Shown here one piece after another: positions 48,601 to 57,579 of a stretch of 64,000 bases of DNA (position 1 is the stretch's first letter; every line of letters starts with the position of its first letter). A program made the translations under genes and the position numbers. Under the pieces are notes generated by a model, which had not been told where the DNA came from, made no database searches, and saw nothing but the letters and a program-made list of their open reading frames with translations. The DNA is from Cyanophora paradoxa CCMP329 (taxonomy: Eukaryota; Plantae; Glaucophyta). The stretch is from positions 1 to 64,000 of the forward strand of contig QPMI01000632.1 of NCBI GenBank assembly GCA_004431415.1, read 5' to 3'.

Positions 48601-51600
48601 ATGAGAAGAAGATTGAGATTCTAAACAAATTTAAAAGCCAAGCTGGAACAGTCCAAGCTCTTTCCGGAGATAAGGAGTTTTCAGGGAATATTTACAAGAA
48701 ATGGTGTGAGGATAATGGTGTGGTTTTATACACAGACATTGCCAAAGATGACCACATTACAGTTGGGGATAAACTCGGAATAGTTGATAGGTTCACAAGA
48801 ACAATCAAGCAGTATTTAAGGAAGGCTATAAAGTCAACTGGGAACTCGAAGTGGACTGAATTTTATGAAGATGTGCTGGCGACTTACAATAACAGTCCAC
48901 ACAGTTCACTGAAGAATGATTCTCCAAATGCTGTGTATGGAAATAAAGAAAAGGAAACGTATGTTTACTTTCGTGATTCACTGCATAATAAGCATGTGAG
49001 AGAGGGATTACCAAAAGTGCAAGAAGGAGATTATGTGAGGGCTGTGAATCCAAAGGGAGTTTTCGAGAAAGAGGGTGCAAGGTTCAATGAGAAAGTGTTT
49101 AAGGTGGCTGGTAAAGTTCAGAATAAATACAAACTTTTGGAGGATAATGAAGGTGAAACAGTTCGTGAAGTTCGAAGAAAATTCAAAATAAATGAGTTGC
49201 AAAAAGTAGATAAAGAGGCTGTCGTAAAGATACCAACCCAAAAGAGAGTTGAGAGGGTAAAGAAAACCACAAATGTGAATCGAGTGGTTTCCCAAAAAGA
49301 AGGAATAAAACCAAATCGTAAGAAAGTAGTTAGAAAGAGATATAATTTGAGAAGTGGATTAACTAAACGTTAAGCTCTAATATCAGATCCATCATCTGAT
49401 TCAATAAATCTTGTAACTGGTTTGAATCTTTGAAATACATCTTTGTGGTGAATTCCTTTTACATACCACCCTTTGTTTACAGGATCCCATCTGAGTCCCA
49501 TACACTTTGCATCGAAATTATCTTTAAATTGAACTTTGCAGTAGATCTTTTCATTTCTGTATTTAATTTCTTTTTCATTGATCGTTTGGAATTCTTTCAG
49601 TAAATCACTATTTGCATCTTCTGTATACCAAAGTTTCATTTCATAATCCCATTTTGCTCCTTTCTCTTTTGCGATTTTTCGATCATTGTAATCACAATCA
49701 AAGTAAAACTTCTTAATTGTATTTGTCTCCATTTTATTCAGATTATCATATTATTTTTATATGAAACAATCAATGAGGATATAACAATCAGATATAACTT
49801 CGATTAAATATAATTAATCGAGATTATGATATAACTTCGATAAATAAGATTTAAGATATAACTTCGATTAATTAATTTAAGATATAACTTCGATTAATTG
49901 TGATTGAGAGACTGAGAATTTGTTGAATTCTGATTGGTAAAGACTGAGAATCGAGAGGATTTTGATTGGGATTGTTTGATATATTGGGAATTAATCGATG
50001 TGGTGACAGTAGCCCCACTTTACCATTTTTGGCGGGGGCGCGCAGACCTGCGGACGCCGCTGAACGGGATCGCGGCCTCGCACGAGCTCATCCGCGACAC
50101 GCCCCTCTCCCCTGAGCAGCGCGAGTACGTGCAGCACATCGGGGCCGCGACCGAGCTGCTCGTCTCCCTCATGAACGACGTGCGCCGCTTCCCTCCCGGA
50201 CGAGGCGGCGGCCGGCACGCTTCCTTGCCTGACGCCGCGGGGCGGGGCGGGGGTCAGATCCTGGAGTACTCGCGGCTGGAGGAGGGCGGCGGGGCGGAGC
50301 CGCGGCCGGCCCCCTTCGACCTCGTCGAGCACATGGAGGGCCCGCCCCCGCCCCGCCCCCGCCCGTCCCCCGCCCCGCCGACGCCGCCGGCAGAGACGGC
50401 GGCGCTGCTTGCGGGCGGGGCGCGGAGCAAGGGCGTCGAGCTGCTGCTCCTCGTGCCGCCGGCCGTGCCGCGCCTCGTCGTCGGCGAGAGCGTCCGCCTC
50501 CGCCGCATCGTCATGAAATGCCCTTTACCCGAGCCCGCCCCGCCCTCCCGCCGGCCGGCTAACCCCGCCCGCCAGCTACGCGTCGAACGCGATCGAGTTC
50601 AGCGAGCGCGGCGGGCGGGTGGAGCTGCGGGTCGACCTCGCGGCCCGCGGGCCCGGCGCCTCCGCCACCCTCCGCTTCACCGTCACCGACACCGGGTGCG
50701 CGCCCCTCTGAAGCCCGCCGGTCTGCGGCGCCCTAACTCCGCCACCTGCAGCATCGGCATCGCGAAGGGTGACCCGCTCGATGCTCTCCGAGCGGCCCTC
50801 GCGGCCGCCGCTAAGACCGCCCCGCCCCGCAGAGCACCAGCACCTCCTCTTCCGCCCCTACGGCCAGGTCCGGGGCCCCGCGCCGGCCCTCCCGCCCCGC
50901 CGCGCCCGCCCGAGCGCCGCGGGTGCAGCTGGCGGCGGATGACGTCACGCGGATGTACGGGGGTACCGGCCTCGGCCTCGTGCGCCTCCCCCGCGGGCCC
51001 CGCCCGGCGCGCCTCACGCGGCGGCAGGCGATCGCGAAGCGGCTGGCGGAGAGCCTGGGCGGGGCGGTCGGCGTCGAGTCGGAGCCCGGGCGCGGCTCCC
51101 GCTTCTGGGCCACTGCCGTCCTGCAGCTGCAGGAGGTGCACGGGGAGCCTGCGCGCCTCTGCGGCGGCGGCCTCACGCGCCGCCGCGCGCAGTGCGAGCA
51201 GCCGGAGTGGCCGCGGCTGCGGGGCGCCGTGTGCACCGTCCTCGCGGCGAGCGCCGGCGTCGCCGACCTGCTCGATTTCTACGTCTCCCAGGTCCCGCCC
51301 CGCCGCCCCTCGCGTCCGCCCTCGCGATGCGACGCGCGCGGCAGTGGGGCGGGACGGCGCGGCGAGGAGCCAGCGCGGCGGGCCAGCCCAACGACGCCGG
51401 CGGCGCGGCGGTGGCGATCGGCGACGCGGCGGCGCTCGCCGCGGGGCCGCTCCCGCGGCGGCGCGCCCTCGCGCTCCTCTCCGCCAAGGTCCGCCCCCGC
51501 CCCGCCCCGCCCCGCCCGCGCCCCCGACGCCGCGCGCAGTCGGAGGAGGCCGCCGCGGCGCGCGTCGCCGCCGAGTGCATCGGGAGCCCCGTCCTCCCCT

Positions 51601-52584
51601 CGCAGCTCGCCCGCGCCCTCCTCCGCATGTCCGCCCCGCGCCCCCGCTCGCCCCTCCGCTCCGCCGCTGATGCTCCGCAGCCTGAACGACGCGGAGGAGG
51701 GCGACCCGCCGGGCTCGCCCGCGGGCGCGGGCGCGGGGCCGCCGGCCTCAGCGCCGGCCGCTCCGCCGCCCAGCACCGCGGCGGCGCCGAGCCCCGCGGA
51801 GGCCGCTGCAGCTGCTTCCGCCGGCACGGGCGGCGGGGCTCCTGCGGGGCGGGTGCGGGTGCTGCTGGTGGACGACGTGCGGACGAACCTGGTGCTCGCC
51901 AAGAAGATGCTCGAGCTCGGCGGCTGCGAGGTCGCCACCGCCGAGGACGGCCTCCAGTGCATCGGTCCGCCGCCCCCGGCCCCGCCCCGGCCCGCCGAGC
52001 CCGAGGCGGGCGGCGCAGAGGCGTACAGGGCCGACCCGGCGCGCGTCGACCTCATCCTCCTCGGTGCGCCCGCCGCGCCCCGGGGCCCGCCCCGCCGCTC
52101 GCCGTCCCTGAGCGCCGCCGCCCGCGCGCAGACGTGGAGATGGTCCGCCGCGTTTCTCTCAATCTCCGCCCCGTTCCGCGGGGTGACGCGGGGGCCGCAG
52201 CCGGTGTGCGACGGGCGGCGCGCCTGCTCGCAGATCCGCGCGCTGGAGGCCTCCGGGGCGGTCGCCGGGCGCGTCCCCATCGTGTACGGCCCCGCCCCGC
52301 CCGCCCGGCCGGCCGGGGCCGAGGGGGCCCGGGCCGGCAGGTACCTCTCGGCGAACGCGATGCCGGAGGACCAGGAGGAGGCGCTGCGCCTCGGCGGCGA
52401 CGCCTTCCTCTGCAAGCCCGTGCGCCCGCGCCCGGGCGGGGCCGGGCGGTGCGGCAGGGCCGGCTGACGGTGCGGGGGGCGGCGGGGCGGGCAGATCCGG
52501 CGGCAGGTCCTCATGGAGGCCGTCGCCCGCCACAGCCGCCGGGCCCCGCCCCCGCCGCCCGAGCCCGAGGCCCCTGCCCGGTGA
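30629..52584 (+). CDS. Multi-sensor hybrid histidine kinase, copy B (inverted paralogue of 15653-26476), interrupted by the Polinton-like element; possibly becoming a pseudogene
   Basis: Same exon series as copy A on the opposite strand. ATG at 30629 ([15 protein letters not shown]), TGA at 52582-52584. It has an 11.1-kb insertion in the intron after the His micro-exon, a splice donor reading AT at 50518, and NAIKF changed to NAIEF at 50595. Confidence 0.85.
38902..39174 (+). repeat. Left terminal inverted repeat (273 bp)
   Basis: AAAAATGGTAAAGTGGGGCTACTG...GATTGTTTCATATA is the reverse complement of 49758-50030, with no mismatch seen by eye. There is one extra A at 38901. Confidence 0.95.
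39298..39606 (+). CDS. PLV hypothetical protein (102 aa)
   Basis: ATG-initiated ORF in AT-rich DNA directly inside the TIR. Its end overlaps the end of the convergent ATPase gene by 4 nt. Confidence 0.55.
   Translation: MTTIIPEDVKQILQDLPLIPDEQQLSELIEKTANSAGLDVNKLPSKYKTNLMKGFLSTMETMNTHQYLQILEKRHDVNHTRCKLRRKLILKNAMEFQTFLVI
39603..40370 (-). CDS. A32-like (FtsK/HerA) genome-packaging ATPase
   Basis: Walker A GRSNSGKT, Walker B VIILDD, and [15 protein letters not shown] (conserved RH...Q motif). Confidence 0.92.
   Translation of the reverse strand: MDNTGMDIDLNDIPEFEPARTVKLSTRFLLCGRSNSGKTTYCKYLLYELRDKIDQIVVFSSTAFTGQFRDITHPDNIYEEWDDNVVVKLISMQKKRIENNAKRNNLVIILDDMIGSSLDMHNSAVLSKLITTARHYSITVIINTQRLCSISTTIRRNVEFVVFFNILGNEKEFNCAYDEYNGGLDKKTYKELHRLWGYNYQTVITGLQGYDIKVYTDRAILTDDDMKGFKKFVKRRAIKKRESIRISNEPTTITV
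40451..41676 (-). CDS. Double-jelly-roll major capsid protein (about 408 aa); one 1-nt frameshift near 41616
   Basis: The ORF at 41676 ([20 protein letters not shown]) joins the frame of 40451..41311, which is open upstream of its annotated Met: [24 protein letters not shown]...[19 protein letters not shown]...[25 protein letters not shown]. This is a DJR capsid pattern, and the gene lies between the ATPase and the penton. Confidence 0.8.
41729..42628 (+). CDS. Minor capsid (penton) protein
   Basis: N-terminal YLNIDSRDR...PTNFTYKI...IQNV...FNNIYN and C-terminal YILLHVD...LAKI...LKVRLT..NG...DWSMTLEL, typical of PLV/NCLDV pentons. Divergent from the MCP gene. Confidence 0.8.
   Translation: MTRHYLNIDSRDRDDGTPTNFTYKIPHAIQNVRACRVTNFEMFNNIYNLSENGSLITGTYDAGDVIKTKNNTISKGTYTSDSLVNLLNAKLASQVYGAAGTTYTRHFYVTYDPVTMFLRFMCDATFTLTFGSRILANFLGFPERRPDSSENGYASALLDSPVTVGANTYNYYIDSVIPLDLLFNSYILLHVDPLKGNYVSKNTSDDKALAKIEIDQTVGSLLKYDSSNNSMILHEQNGLVEVETLKVRLTYWNGAETDITTDWSMTLELITEDDKDLTKKALKNVIKELEGLYLPFSRS
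42665..43414 (+). CDS. PLV hypothetical Lys-rich protein (249 aa)
   Basis: Clean ATG-initiated ORF following the penton gene; no family recognised. Confidence 0.7.
   Translation: MATRKTQPKNFLAKPVEQAEPERKQFKKSKGTAAYGTGDLDKNVHQTMNAHTIALTSNYNDDNALVDQVPLNRMPGAKRGIKKGQFKSSTKDKVASSSTLLKLLDGGERLYSTYSEKDHRNRYFIRSTTGGLKSVTYQYARSLVDGIAAETKNENRIKEQPITKEKVEKKPEVTHEVIPEPVHVVKESPAELIAKTIDYQESNKTDLPVLNKSILRVATSQADPVNSIPNAAPMVSGFAKLGIKPGYRR
43763..44020 (+). CDS. Small basic helical protein (85 aa), putative DNA-binding
   Basis: [28 protein letters not shown]. Shares an upstream motif with the pPolB gene. Confidence 0.65.
   Translation: MPISEAQKRATYRYRKTEKGQEYLKKYNAKFAKQMRDLYHTDECYRAMRIVESSQRLYASNAVCFVKYLYGVPYSNRGRKSKYLC
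44262..48258 (+). CDS. Protein-primed family B DNA polymerase (pPolB); two 1-nt frameshifts (near 47352 and 48098)
   Basis: Exonuclease motifs [24 protein letters not shown] and YLETDV. Polymerase motifs [18 protein letters not shown] and MTDTDS. Repaired junctions read [23 protein letters not shown] and [17 protein letters not shown]...ALDTKRY...[10 protein letters not shown] (TAA at 48256-48258). Confidence 0.95.
48291..49373 (+). CDS. Retroviral-like (rve) integrase
   Basis: [44 protein letters not shown] and an SH3-like GDYVR tail; consistent with the 6-bp TSD. Confidence 0.92.
   Translation: MEQVLSYTKYRQKLINEGVKFDEDELKKRFKNSELNQIFKKPTKPKSFLRIVAPPNSFQVDIIYFKDYKTANYGVDRMLVFVDILSRKGFIFPFKMVTGKEKNDEKKIEILNKFKSQAGTVQALSGDKEFSGNIYKKWCEDNGVVLYTDIAKDDHITVGDKLGIVDRFTRTIKQYLRKAIKSTGNSKWTEFYEDVLATYNNSPHSSLKNDSPNAVYGNKEKETYVYFRDSLHNKHVREGLPKVQEGDYVRAVNPKGVFEKEGARFNEKVFKVAGKVQNKYKLLEDNEGETVREVRRKFKINELQKVDKEAVVKIPTQKRVERVKKTTNVNRVVSQKEGIKPNRKKVVRKRYNLRSGLTKR
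49370..49732 (-). CDS. Tandem DUF5710-like protein (120 aa)
   Basis: Two repeats: [22 protein letters not shown] and [22 protein letters not shown]. Confidence 0.8.
   Translation of the reverse strand: METNTIKKFYFDCDYNDRKIAKEKGAKWDYEMKLWYTEDANSDLLKEFQTINEKEIKYRNEKIYCKVQFKDNFDAKCMGLRWDPVNKGWYVKGIHHKDVFQRFKPVTRFIESDDGSDIRA
49758..50030 (-). repeat. Right terminal inverted repeat (273 bp)
   Basis: Reverse complement of 38902-39174; followed by the TSD GGCGGG. Confidence 0.95.
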
Positions 52585-53378
52585 TCGGCCGCTGCTCATC
52601 GGGTTTCCCTGTTTTTTACCGAAATCCACGTTCCGGCCGATCGGTCGCGTTTAGTTTGATGTCTGTCGACGTCGCTGTAGATATCCATTTATGCTTTCTA
52701 TATCGTGTACGAAATCTTTCTCGCATAGGAACGTTGACTGCCTTCTTTCGCGTCGCATGTTGCGACATTTCGATCGTACATGTACAGCTCTTTTCAATCA
52801 TGCGTCATGATGATCATGAGTGCATCTTGTCAATGCCCATTCGAATTCGGGCATATAACTTAGTAATATACGATTTATGAGTGGTACAGTATATATTCTG
52901 TGCATCACCAATCGCAAGTCGTAGAAGCAGAAGCACACGCATCAGACCGGCTAGCCTGCAGCTGGCAGCCTGTAACATAGCCTGGTAGAGAAGATCATGG
53001 TCAAGACAAGAGTTAGGAAGAAGTAAGAAAGCTAAGAAGTAGGAAAGCTATCTATAGGGAACTACATTAAAAGTGGTAGGGTAGCTAGCGAAGCAGGCAG
53101 AGAAACCATATCAAATAAATAAGACTACCGGGTGCTGGTGCCGAACGTTGATCATGACGCCGACGGACTATTGCGGTGGAGGCGCGGCGGGACCAGATAC
53201 CGATGGCCATGGGGCCCGTTGTGCGGCGCCGGAGGGCCGGGGGAAAGGCCGGCCACTGCCGCCATGCATATGCCCCGAGGGGCCCGGCCCAGCCCCGGGC
53301 CCGGGGGGCCCTCCCGGACCCACGCTCGTAACCAAGCCCCAGGGCGAGCTCGAGGGCGCCCGCAGCCGGGCGGGGCGG

Positions 53379-54544
53379 CTAGTAGATGACGGGGGCGACG
53401 AAGGCGCCGAGCCGGGAGACGAGCTCCTCGACGCGGAGCTCGACCTTCACATACGGGTCCCCGCCCCCGAGCCAGATCGCACCCCCCTCCACCCCCGCCG
53501 CCGCCTCCGACAGGATGATCGGCACCTGCCGCCCCGCCGCCGCTCAGGTGAGCGGCCGGGGGGGGGGGGTAGAGGGAGGCCACCTTCGTGCGCATGCCGA
53601 CGGGGCAGACGCCGTTAAACGCGAAGCCCGTCAGCTCGAACGCGACCTGTACCCCGACCTCGATCCCGTGAGGGGCGGCGGGGGGTGCGGCGGCGGGGCG
53701 GGGCCGGCGCTGGCCTCGGGCGGTGCGAACTGGAAGTTGTAGTACTGCCTGGCGACCTTGCCCTCCTTCAGCGCCCGCACGGCCTTCATCAGCCGCTCCG
53801 GATGCATCCGAGTCGAGTACTGGCCGGGCGCGCGACTCAGCGGCGGCCCGAGAGGGGCGCGCGCACACGCGCGGGACGCGCGCGCGGACTTGGATGATTA
53901 CTGCGTAGAAGCGCGAGTTGCGCGGGTCGCTGCAGTCGTTGTTCGTGCACCGCGTGTTCTCCATGACGAGCGTCTGATCACGAGGGCCCTCTGAGCGGAG
54001 GGGCGCGCGGATGGCTCGTGGAGGGCAGAGGCCGCGCGGACCTTGCAGAGATGATGCGGGGAACGGGCCCGCAAGAAGCCGGCGCGCACTGCCGAACGGG
54101 TCTTCTTAAAGATTGCGCACGCGGCTGGGCGCGCAGTTGCAAGCGTCAGCGCGCACCGTCGAGCGGCCAGCTGTAGTAGTCCTCCGGTGTGGTGGCCCAG
54201 CGCGCCCTGTCCGTATCCGCGAGGGGGAGCGTGGGGTCAGCGGGAACGCCTGTACATTTGTCGAATGCGCGCCCCCGTCCGCACCGCATGCCGAGCGCCC
54301 GGCACGCCTCGCCGACGGATGCAGCGGATGCGGGGGCTTCGTCGCTTGCCTCGACGCCGCCATCGCGCTCTGCCGCGCTGCAGCCCGTCTCGGGCGCCAG
54401 GCCGGCCTCGAGCCGCGCGACCCTCGCCCGGAGCGCCGCGATGCCCGCGAGGAGCTCGGCGAGCGCATGGTCCGCCGGCGCCGCCGTCGACTCGCTGGGC
54501 TCTATCAGCTCAGGCGCCGGCTCGGCCACCTCATCATCAGCCAT
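53379..54544 (-). CDS. YbaK/aminoacyl-tRNA-deacylase-like protein (plant/algal type), multi-exon
   Basis: PEDYYSWPLD, SPHHLCK|ALVMENT, DCSDPRNSRFYAVIIQ|Y, YNFQFA, LTGFAFNGVCPVGMRTK|VPIILSEA and IWLGGG. Confidence 0.85.
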
Positions 54545-54863
54545 GTTTGCGGCTCCGGCAGGCGAAAAGCTGCGAATTCAGCCGCTGAGGCAGGTGGAAA
54601 GCGAGACGACCACGCAAGGGGGTACAGTTGGTACACTTCGCGCTCGCTGTACCTTCGTCGCTCGGCCGGAGCTGCCGTCGCTGGTGTGTCGCGTGTAGGA
54701 TCCCAGCAAACAGGGTGCGTTGTTTGTGCACGTTGGACGATCATGGGCAGAACGCGGCGGACCTTTCGCCGCTGCGATGCGTCCTTTAGGCCACGAGCTC
54801 TTTTCCTCGACTAGAAGACAAAAATCTGACGCCCTGCGCCTCGCGGCCAGTCGGCACGCAGAC

Positions 54864-57196
54864 ATGTCGACGGCGCGCGGGGGGTGTGGCTGGGTCAACG
54901 AATGCGCGAAGGTACTTTCCAAACCACGATTCCCACCGTTCGACGGCTCACGGAATCGCCGCTAGTACAAACTCGAGCACGAGGCTAGTGGCTCAGAGCC
55001 GCCCTTTCCGCCGTTCCTGCTCGGCTGCTTCCCCGGTGCGGTCCTGCCCCGCATCTTCCCCATCCTGAACTGGATCTGACGGCCTCGCACCTCGCAGCGT
55101 GCCTTATCAGCGAGAAGATCCGCGATGACATGGGTCCGCCGCGCCCGCCGCGGCGACGCGGGCTGCTTCTGAACTCGCCGCCCCGCAGCCAAGGCGCGCA
55201 CGGGCGGCATCGGGAACACGGACCGCCTGGACAAGAAGCGAGGCAGCTTCGGCGGCGATTCCTCCCTGGATGTGCGCCTTCGCCCAGCGTGGAGCCCGGC
55301 GCCGGCCGCCGGCCGCCTCTCTCACGCTGCTGCGCCCGCAGCTGAGGCCGCTGAACAAGTCTCCCGGGTTCCAGCCGCTGCCGGATAGCCAGCCGTCGTC
55401 GGCGCGGTCCGAGAGCGGCGCGCTCGCGGGACCCTCCCTGACCTCCTCCGGCCGCTCGGCGACCCCGCCCTCCCACTCGGTCCCGCCCCCGCCCGGCTTC
55501 CCCGGCGCGCACGCCCCGGCGCAGCAGACGGCGCCCGTGGGCCCCGTGCCGCCGATGTTCTCGACGCCGGAGCCGACGCCGCGGGACCCGAAGAGCATGG
55601 CGCCGGCCGTGCGCGAGTGCGTGGCCGCCATCTCCGCCATGAACCAGGCCGAGGTCGTCTTCAACATCCACCGCATGACCGGTGCCGCGCCCCGCCGCGC
55701 CCCGCGGCGCCCCGCGCTGAGGGCGCGGCGCGGCAGACGTGCGCGGGGACGTGGACTCGGCGGCCAACACGCTGCTGCACCTCTGCGCGGCGCGCGGCAT
55801 GACCGACGCGGCGAAGCTGCTCGTGACCAAGGGCGAGAACCCGAACGTGCGGAACAACAGCGGGCAGACGCCGCTGCACCTGGCGGCGCGCGCGGGGCAC
55901 GAGGCGACGGTGGCGGCGCTGCTCGAGCTGCGCGGCGACCCCAACGCGGCGACGACGAAGCTCGCGACGCCGCTGCACTTCGCGGCGGTCTGCGGGCACG
56001 AGCGGGTGGCCCAGGTCCTCCTGCGCGCCGGAGCCAACGCCAACGCCCGCGGGCCCGCCGGCTTCACCCCGCTCCACACCGTGCGCCCGCACGCCCGCTC
56101 GAGGTCCCACCGATCCCGCCCCGCCGCCGGCCGACCCCGCGCCCCGTCCCCCTTCGCAGGCCGCGCAGGAGGGGAAGACGGCGGTGGCGGTCGTGCTGCT
56201 GGACGCGGGGGCGAACCGGAACGCGCGGACGGACGAGCAGTGCACGCCGCTCTTCATCGCCGCCGCGCGCGGGCACGACGCGGCCGTCCGCGTGCTGCTC
56301 CAGGCCAAGGCCGACAAGGAGGCGAAGACGGCGGACGGGACGACGCCGCTGCTCATCGCGTGCGCCAACGGGCACGCCGCCGTCGTCGCCACGCTCCTCG
56401 GCGCCGGCTGCGACCGCGCCAAGATGCGCAAGGACCACCACTCCCGTAACCTCCCCCGCCCCTCCTCCGCCCCGCCCCGCCCGCTCACGCCCGCGCAGCG
56501 CTGACGATCGCGGCGAACCGGGGCCACCTGGACGTCGTGCGCACGCTCATGACCGTCGGCTCCATGGAGTCCAAGTGGAAGCGCAACGAGGCGCGCCCTC
56601 CCGCCCGCCCGCCCGCCCTCCTCTTTCCCTCCGCTCCGCTGCTGCGCCCTCTTGACGCCGCCCCCCCGCCCCGCTTCGCGCAGGGCGGCGCGGCGGCGAT
56701 CTCGGCGGCCGACTCGAATCAGGGGAACGCCATCCGGCTGCTCTCGCAGCTCGGCGCCGACCTCTCCGCCGTCGACCAGGTGCCCCGCCCCCCGCCCCCT
56801 CCTCCTCCTCTTCCCCTAGGAGAAACGGGCTACTACCCTCTCTCTAGGCGCCCCAGAGATCCGCGCGCGCCCGCCCCCGCCCCCGGCTCACCGTCGGCTC
56901 AGCACGGGATGACGGCGCTGCACCTGGCGGCGGAGCACGGGCACCTGGAGGCGGCGCAGGCCCTCGTCGACTGCGGAGCCTCCCGCGTCGCCGTCGACAA
57001 GCTCCGCCGCACGTGCGCCCGTTTGCGGGGTACAGGCAGAGATAGGAATTCGATCTGCCGTCCGGCGCCCCTCTCTCTCTCTCTCTCTGCTGCTGACTTT
57101 CCTTCCCTCTCCGCGCGCAGGCCCCTCATGGTGGCCCAGCAGCACAACAAGGAGCACCTCGTACCCTTCCTCTCCTCCAACTCCGCCGTCCTGTAG
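54864..57196 (+). CDS. Ankyrin-repeat protein, multi-exon
   Basis: Repeated NTLLHLCA, GQTPLHLAA, ATPLHFAA, GFTPLH, CTPLFIAA, GTTPLLIAC and GMTALHLAA. The 5' exons from ATG 54864 splice in frame; the start is less certain. Confidence 0.88.
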
Positions 57197-57579
57197 GCCG
57201 CGCGTACCCTGTACCCCTCCTCTCGCATCCCCGTATCCCGCTCTGCCGCACGCGCCCCGGACCCCGCGCGCCCTCACGTTTGCCTCGAGCTCTGTATTGT
57301 GCGGGGCTCCGCTGCCCAGCGACGGCAGTCGGTCCCCGAGCTTATTGTTTTTTCCCGCCGGCCGGCGGCGTTTTAGATCAGGCGCGGGCCATGCCACTCG
57401 CAGCAGCCGCGCGATGTACCTTGCAGTCGTGTCTTCCAATAAACCGCTCGCTATCATGATCACCGCCTGAATTTCGGGCCCGGCAAGGTCCTCTCGAGCT
57501 TGCTTTTGGTTCGAAGCACACGGGCCGCGGGTAATGTTGAGGCTACCTGTCCTAGGCTGGCTATCTATCCTATCCTAGG

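Larger units (their letters stand above)
38901..50030. mobile_element. Polinton/Maverick-like endogenous virus (PLV-type), 11,130 bp, full length
   Basis: Abrupt AT-rich intronless island with 273-bp TIRs and a 6-bp TSD GGCGGG at 38895-38900 and 50031-50036. Encodes a packaging ATPase, major and minor capsid proteins, pPolB and rve integrase. Confidence 0.97.
15653..52584. repeat. Large inverted duplication: arms of about 10.8 kb (15653-26476 and 30629-52584 excluding the insertion), spacer about 4.1 kb
   Basis: Reverse-complement identity that includes introns, e.g. 25400-26230 vs 30880-31700 and 17730-18200 vs 50040-50515. Similarity stops just after the stop codons. Confidence 0.95.

Noticed and set aside
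49790-49895. ATAACTTCG matches part of a loxP arm
   Set aside because: Only 9 of 13 bp match, there is no inverted pair around an 8-bp spacer, and no tyrosine recombinase is encoded; treated as coincidence.
38901-50030. Contaminant or chimeric join explaining the AT-rich island
   Set aside because: TIRs, a perfect TSD and the empty site in the paralogue indicate real integration.
49934-50045. ORF 49934..51670 as a virus-host fusion gene
   Set aside because: It begins at a non-ATG codon in the TIR, lacks the catalytic His and reads through introns; nothing supports its expression.
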